Of a DNA stretch of 64,000 nt, positions 60,032 to 64,000 are shown in pieces. The notes beneath the pieces are model-generated. The model made no database searches. It worked only from the letters and a program-made list of their open reading frames with translations, and was not told the origin of the DNA. The stretch is taken from assembly GCA_963775555.1 (NCBI GenBank), contig CAVZJJ010000002.1, positions 578,889 through 642,888 on the forward strand, written 5' to 3'. A program made the position numbers and the translations under genes. Every line of letters starts with the position of its first letter. Position 1 is the first letter of the stretch. The stretch is from an uncultured Bacteroidota bacterium. GTDB taxonomy: Bacteria; Bacteroidota; Bacteroidia; AKYH767-A; 2013-40CM-41-45.

Positions 60032-61081
60032 TTATAATTTTATTGCCCAACGCAGTTTTGCTGAACGTGCACGCGGGTTACTATGGCATTCTTCTGCAGA
60101 GGGCCGAATCGGATCCGGTGCCACTTGACTATATATTCCTGCACGAAATAAACCCTGAAATGATTTTTTAACGCGGCGGTCTTCTCCTGAATGAAATGAA
60201 AGTATGGCGACCCGCCCACCCGGGGCAAGTACATCCGGCAACTTTTCGAGAAATTGATCCAATGCCCCGAATTCATCGTTTACTTCAATTCGCAATGCCT
60301 GAAAACAGCGTTGACAGGATTTTTTTATTTCATCTTTACGTACACTTTCCGGAAGATATTTCAACGCTTCCTTGATGCTCTCTTGCAAATCTTTCGTAGT
60401 TGTTATGGTTTTTCCTTTGGCAATTCCGGATACAATGGATTTTGCAATAAGTTCGTAAAAGGGTTCGTCTGAATTTTTCAAGAGAAGTTCTTCCAGTTTT
60501 TCTCTGCTAATTGTTTTTAGAAGTTCCGCGGCAGATTTTCCACTTGAAGGGTTGAGTCGTAAATCAAGAGGACCTTCAATTTTAAATGAGAAGCCCCTTT
60601 CAGGATTGTCTATTTGCATCGATGAAACACCCAAATCCGCCAATACAAAATTGAATAGACCAGCTTCGGGAAGAAGTTGGTCTATATCCGAAAAATTCAT
60701 TTTCCTGATTTCAACTATGTCTTCTCCATAACCTAAAGCGGCCAGGCGTTCCCGGGTTCGTGGCAATTCTAAAGGATCTACATCGATGGCAAACAGTCTC
60801 CCTTTCGGAAGCAGAGATTTAATCATCTCTGCACTATGTCCACCATAGCCCAAAGTAGCATCAAGTCCGGTTTCTCCGGGAACAATGCTGAGTATTTCAA
60901 GTATTTCATTCACGCAAATGGAGCGATGCATCCCTGCGGGGGTTTTTCCCTGCTGCATCACTTTAGCGACGTCTTCAGCGTATTGTTCAGGCTGCAGTTC
61001 CTTGTACTTTTCTTTAAAGGATTTTGGATGAGTGCCTTTGTATCTTACCCGGCGCACACGTTTTGGCTCCTGTTCGTCCAT
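60032..61081 (-). CDS. RsmH-family SAM-dependent (cytosine-N4) methyltransferase paralog with a basic N-terminal extension
   Basis: 349-aa ORF with GLDATLGYGGHSAEM (SAM site), DLGVSSMQIDNPERGFSF, GPLDLRL, FQALRIEVNDEF and ILSFHSGEDRRVK, which are all RsmH hallmarks. A ~50-aa Lys/Arg-rich N-terminal extension is present. It is not in an mraZ/ftsL/ftsI context. Confidence 0.75.
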   Translation of the reverse strand: MDEQEPKRVRRVRYKGTHPKSFKEKYKELQPEQYAEDVAKVMQQGKTPAGMHRSICVNEILEILSIVPGETGLDATLGYGGHSAEMIKSLLPKGRLFAIDVDPLELPRTRERLAALGYGEDIVEIRKMNFSDIDQLLPEAGLFNFVLADLGVSSMQIDNPERGFSFKIEGPLDLRLNPSSGKSAAELLKTISREKLEELLLKNSDEPFYELIAKSIVSGIAKGKTITTTKDLQESIKEALKYLPESVRKDEIKKSCQRCFQALRIEVNDEFGALDQFLEKLPDVLAPGGRVAILSFHSGEDRRVKKSFQGLFRAGIYSQVAPDPIRPSAEECHSNPRARSAKLRWAIKL

Positions 61082-61282
61082 TTGGTAAAACTATCAATTT
61101 GGAGCTTGCTTTCCAAGAAGAGTAATTACCATGATAAGGTATTCTTTGCAGGATTTATTTAATCCTGATTCAGCAGTCTGCAGTTAGGAAGTGATTTTGA
61201 TTTTCTTAAAAAGTTGCATTAAAAAAGATAAATATATTCAGGGATCACCGGTGTTGAGATTTCCGCATAGGAATGTTTGTCA

Positions 61283-61708
61283 TTAGTTGTTTCTCGCACC
61301 CTGAAGCATCCATAGGGAAACAGTATCAATATCGCTCTGACTGATGTGGTCACCATCCGGTGGCATAATAGGAAACTCTACACCAACTAAACGTCCAATC
61401 AATATACTGTTTTCGATCATCACGGTGTCAACATAGGGAGCAAGATGCCCTGTGAACAGCAATTGATCATATGAAATACCTTCCCGGAGATCGAGAAATG
61501 GATGTGATTGATTGTGGCACCGGACACAATGCAAATCAAAGAAGGGTTGGATTACATCGCTGTATGAAATCAAGGTGTCACCAGGTACTGGTGGTGGTTT
61601 GATAATCAAGGGTCCCTCATCCTTCATGCAACTGCTTAGGCACAGGAAATAGCCCATGATGAGAAGCAGGAGTTTGGAAGATTTAGTTATGTAGGGATGA
61701 ATTATCAT
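61283..61708 (-). CDS. Lipoprotein with a PSCyt1-like (Planctomycete-type) mono-heme cytochrome c domain
   Basis: The ORF opens at 61822, but Met39 (61708) gives a lipoprotein signal, MIIHPYITKSSKLLLLIMGYFLCLSSC. The CxxCH motif in IQPFFDLHCVRCHN, a downstream MPP and the WMLQGA tail match the PSCyt1 pattern. Confidence 0.55.
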   Translation of the reverse strand: MIIHPYITKSSKLLLLIMGYFLCLSSCMKDEGPLIIKPPPVPGDTLISYSDVIQPFFDLHCVRCHNQSHPFLDLREGISYDQLLFTGHLAPYVDTVMIENSILIGRLVGVEFPIMPPDGDHISQSDIDTVSLWMLQGARNN

Positions 61709-62654
61709 TCGCTTTTTTCTTTTTGTACCAGAATGTACGCTTAAGGTTAAATCCAAACAGAAATTCTCCATTTGGATAATCAGTTGTCTCCGATGAATAA
61801 ATCCGCTGTTCTTGTAAATCACGCGCAGAACTCACAACAATCTGAAATGCATGCCCGACAGTTCCGAATTCCATAGCCAGTGAGAATGGGTAATATCCGT
61901 TTTCCGGTTGGTTGTTGAAGCGGTAAGCATACTCCGCCAGAATGGAAGAGTTTTTCGAAGTTTTAAAACCTAATGCTGCTGTGATGTTGAAGGTATGATT
62001 ATCCTGTCCTACCGGCACAAGGTTGCGGTAGATGAACACCGGATTGAGTTCAAGGGAAAGAAGCTGGCCGAATTTTCTTGAAAGGAGAATTTGCGAGTTA
62101 TAGGAAATCCGATGGCCGAATGAATAGGAAAAAGAAGTCACGCCATCACCGAAGTAGGCGTACTTTGGAACCGGAGGGAAATCATCCGACATGCAGGAGG
62201 CTTCAAGATATGCTCCGACAGAAAAAGGGATTTTATTATCAGTGGTCTGTATCAGGAAAATGCGTTTAATATGGAGGTCGTATTCCTTTCCGAATTTTGT
62301 TCTTCCTGCACCAATGAAAGTTTTATCGCCCAGAGGAAAGGCAAAGCTGAATTGAATGTTGGCAACCAAGTCGGTGCCCAAAAAATTTTTCACTATCGAT
62401 TTGTCCACCTTAACAGCTCCGAAGCGATGGCGAATGAAAAATTGCCAACCCTGCTTTTCCGGGATCAGGGTTGTCTGCGCATTTATAAATATGGTTGAAC
62501 GAAAGGCATCCTTTATTTCAGGGTCGTCTTCAAAGAGTAAATCCTGACTGCTTGCTTTGAGAGGTAAAACAATGGATATAAACAGGACAACACACAGATG
62601 ATGTGAAATATTCAGTATCCGTTGCCGTGAAAAATTCCTCATAGGGAAAAACAA
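61683..62654 (-). CDS. Putative outer-membrane beta-barrel protein (possibly DUF5777-like)
   Basis: 323-aa ORF with a signal peptide (LCVVLFISIVLPLKASSQD). It has alternating beta-strand-like segments throughout and a terminal strand FGFNLKRTF followed by a basic tail. The family name is from memory only. Confidence 0.5.
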   Translation of the reverse strand: MFFPMRNFSRQRILNISHHLCVVLFISIVLPLKASSQDLLFEDDPEIKDAFRSTIFINAQTTLIPEKQGWQFFIRHRFGAVKVDKSIVKNFLGTDLVANIQFSFAFPLGDKTFIGAGRTKFGKEYDLHIKRIFLIQTTDNKIPFSVGAYLEASCMSDDFPPVPKYAYFGDGVTSFSYSFGHRISYNSQILLSRKFGQLLSLELNPVFIYRNLVPVGQDNHTFNITAALGFKTSKNSSILAEYAYRFNNQPENGYYPFSLAMEFGTVGHAFQIVVSSARDLQEQRIYSSETTDYPNGEFLFGFNLKRTFWYKKKKANDNSSLHN

Positions 62655-62677
62655 GTTTGTTTAAACGTCAGTAGTAA

Positions 62678-63145
62678 TCAATGATCAATTTGTGAGGATT
62701 TTGTTTTCTCACTCTCTCCGGCTGCAGACAGGGACCGTATGTAATTGACGAGGGCCCAGCGTTGCTTTACCGTTAGCAATTTTGAATAGGGCTGCATATC
62801 TCCTTTTCCTACAGATATCTTCCAGAAGAGGGCACCATCACTTTGTCGAAGTACGGTTGAGCTGGTATGGTCGGCCGGTTTTGGATTCATTTTCACGCTC
62901 GCAGGGCCATTTCCTTTTCCATCTACTCCGTGGCAGGACCAGCAAGTATTATTATATATTTTTTTTGCATCTGCCATGGCAGGACTGCTAAATGGAACCG
63001 GATTCTTCACTGTGTCCACGCTAGTGGGGGATATCCATGATGTAGTCTGTGCAAGGATGCTTTGAGCAGACTCCAGGAATACCAGTAAACTGAATAACAG
63101 TAGCAATAAAGGAAATGTAGCCGGTCTCGTGGAAATGTTTTTCAT
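62678..63145 (-). CDS. Class I c-type cytochrome (mono-heme), secreted
   Basis: 155-aa ORF with a signal peptide. It has heme site CWSCHGVDGKGNGP and a distal Met candidate (GKGDMQPY). Confidence 0.85.
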   Translation of the reverse strand: MKNISTRPATFPLLLLLFSLLVFLESAQSILAQTTSWISPTSVDTVKNPVPFSSPAMADAKKIYNNTCWSCHGVDGKGNGPASVKMNPKPADHTSSTVLRQSDGALFWKISVGKGDMQPYSKLLTVKQRWALVNYIRSLSAAGESEKTKSSQIDH

Positions 63146-63152
63146 GAATCGC

Positions 63153-64000
63153 TTATTTCATTCGGCTTGTGGAGTTCAGGTTGATTTCTTTTTCCATCAT
63201 AGCGATGGCGGCGTTTGCATTGCTGTGATCAGGATGTTGATAATGCAGGCTTTTCATCGCAGCGTAGCCCTCCTGTTTCCTTCCACTGGCAAATTGAAGC
63301 ATGGCCAGATTATACATCACTTGTACATTCCCCGGTTGAATGCGGTTCACGGCATTGAAGTGCTGTTCTGCTTCAGCATACTTTTTTTGTTTCAAATAAA
63401 TGACGGCGAGATTGTTTTCTATCATTGCCGAGTTTTGATAATTCTCAGATGCCTGCAACAGGAATTGCTCCGCTTCTGCAAGTTGACCGGTGCGTGTATA
63501 AAGTACACCGAGTGCAAGTTTAGCCTCCGCGTTTTTGGGCTCATCCACTAATGCCTGCTTATATAAGGGCAGGGCTTCAGAAGCAAAGCCTTCTTTTTCC
63601 CTGAGATGACCAAGAGTTATTGAAGCCCCGGCTCGGGAATGTTTCTCATGCTCTGTGATGGCTTCTGATTCTACAACTTGTTTTAACTGAATTGCTGCCT
63701 CATCGTTTTTCCCCTGAAGGACCAGCAGCTTTCCATATTTCAGTCTGCCTTCAAGATCATCCGGCAATGCGTTGAGCATTTTTTGCAGATAACCTGTCGC
63801 GGCGGCCTGATCATTCTGCAGCATACTCAGGGCAGCTAATTCTCTTTGTAAGCTGGCCGGGTGCCAAAGACCCAGTTGATCGGCTTTTTGTAAACGATCA
63901 TAGGCCTGTTTCACTTGATGAGAGCTTGATAAATCAGCAGATTGACTTGTGGGATTTTGTTGAATTGCCAGTAAGGCGTTGTAATCACGTTCGCCGAGGT
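63153..64000 (-). CDS. TPR-repeat protein, 5' end outside the window
   Basis: It contains several 34-aa TPR-like units (for example AEAKLALGVLYTRTGQLAEAEQFLLQA and YAEAEQHFNAVNRIQPGN). By manual translation the reading frame stays open upstream of the track's GTG start (63914) to the window edge. Its stop is 7 nt before the cytochrome c start. Confidence 0.75.
   Translation of the reverse strand, partial: LGERDYNALLAIQQNPTSQSADLSSSHQVKQAYDRLQKADQLGLWHPASLQRELAALSMLQNDQAAATGYLQKMLNALPDDLEGRLKYGKLLVLQGKNDEAAIQLKQVVESEAITEHEKHSRAGASITLGHLREKEGFASEALPLYKQALVDEPKNAEAKLALGVLYTRTGQLAEAEQFLLQASENYQNSAMIENNLAVIYLKQKKYAEAEQHFNAVNRIQPGNVQVMYNLAMLQFASGRKQEGYAAMKSLHYQHPDHSNANAAIAMMEKEINLNSTSRMK

Overview
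This is a chromosomal segment from a member of the Bacteroidota. The evidence is at least eight secreted proteins ending in T9SS-type C-terminal sorting domains (xYPNPxxx ... GxYxxxx motifs), a PorZ-like propeller protein, and gene-order signatures such as yicC-gmk-nadD. I found no rRNA, tRNA, CRISPR array, transposase or integrase.

Content in order:
- 0.4-2.7 kb: a T9SS surface protein with tandem Ig-like repeats.
- 2.8-5.4 kb: a WYL-family regulator followed by a DUF2779-type Cas4-like/DEDD-like nuclease gene. Both upstream regions share a 17-bp operator-like motif.
- 5.9-26 kb: housekeeping genes (YdcF, DEAD-box helicase, polA, a trans-sulfuration PLP enzyme, nadD, gmk, yicC, EamA, ArsC-family). 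Two M43 metalloprotease T9SS cargos flank an OMP gene within this stretch.
- 31.3-39.5 kb: a translationally coupled envelope-glycan operon. It encodes a GT-C-like protein, an orphan 1090-aa membrane protein, a GT9 enzyme and a Zn-ribbon SAM methyltransferase.
- 49.5-57.9 kb: further T9SS cargos and an LTA-synthase-family enzyme.
- 58.0-61.1 kb: a VIT1 transporter, a MOSC protein and an RsmH-paralog.
- 61.3-64.0 kb: a compact operon of a TPR protein, cytochrome c, a beta-barrel protein and a CxxCH lipoprotein.

The most conspicuous sequence-level anomaly is two blocks, about 26.4-31.1 kb and about 40.2-51.3 kb. In these blocks every gene is broken by multiple frameshifts, including the essential genes cysS, asnS, dxs, recO and scpA. 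None of the roughly 40 genes outside the blocks is broken. This most likely reflects uneven sequence quality rather than biology.

The best candidate for an undescribed system is the WYL-regulated dual-nuclease module. The cytochrome/barrel operon and the orphan giant membrane protein operon are secondary candidates.
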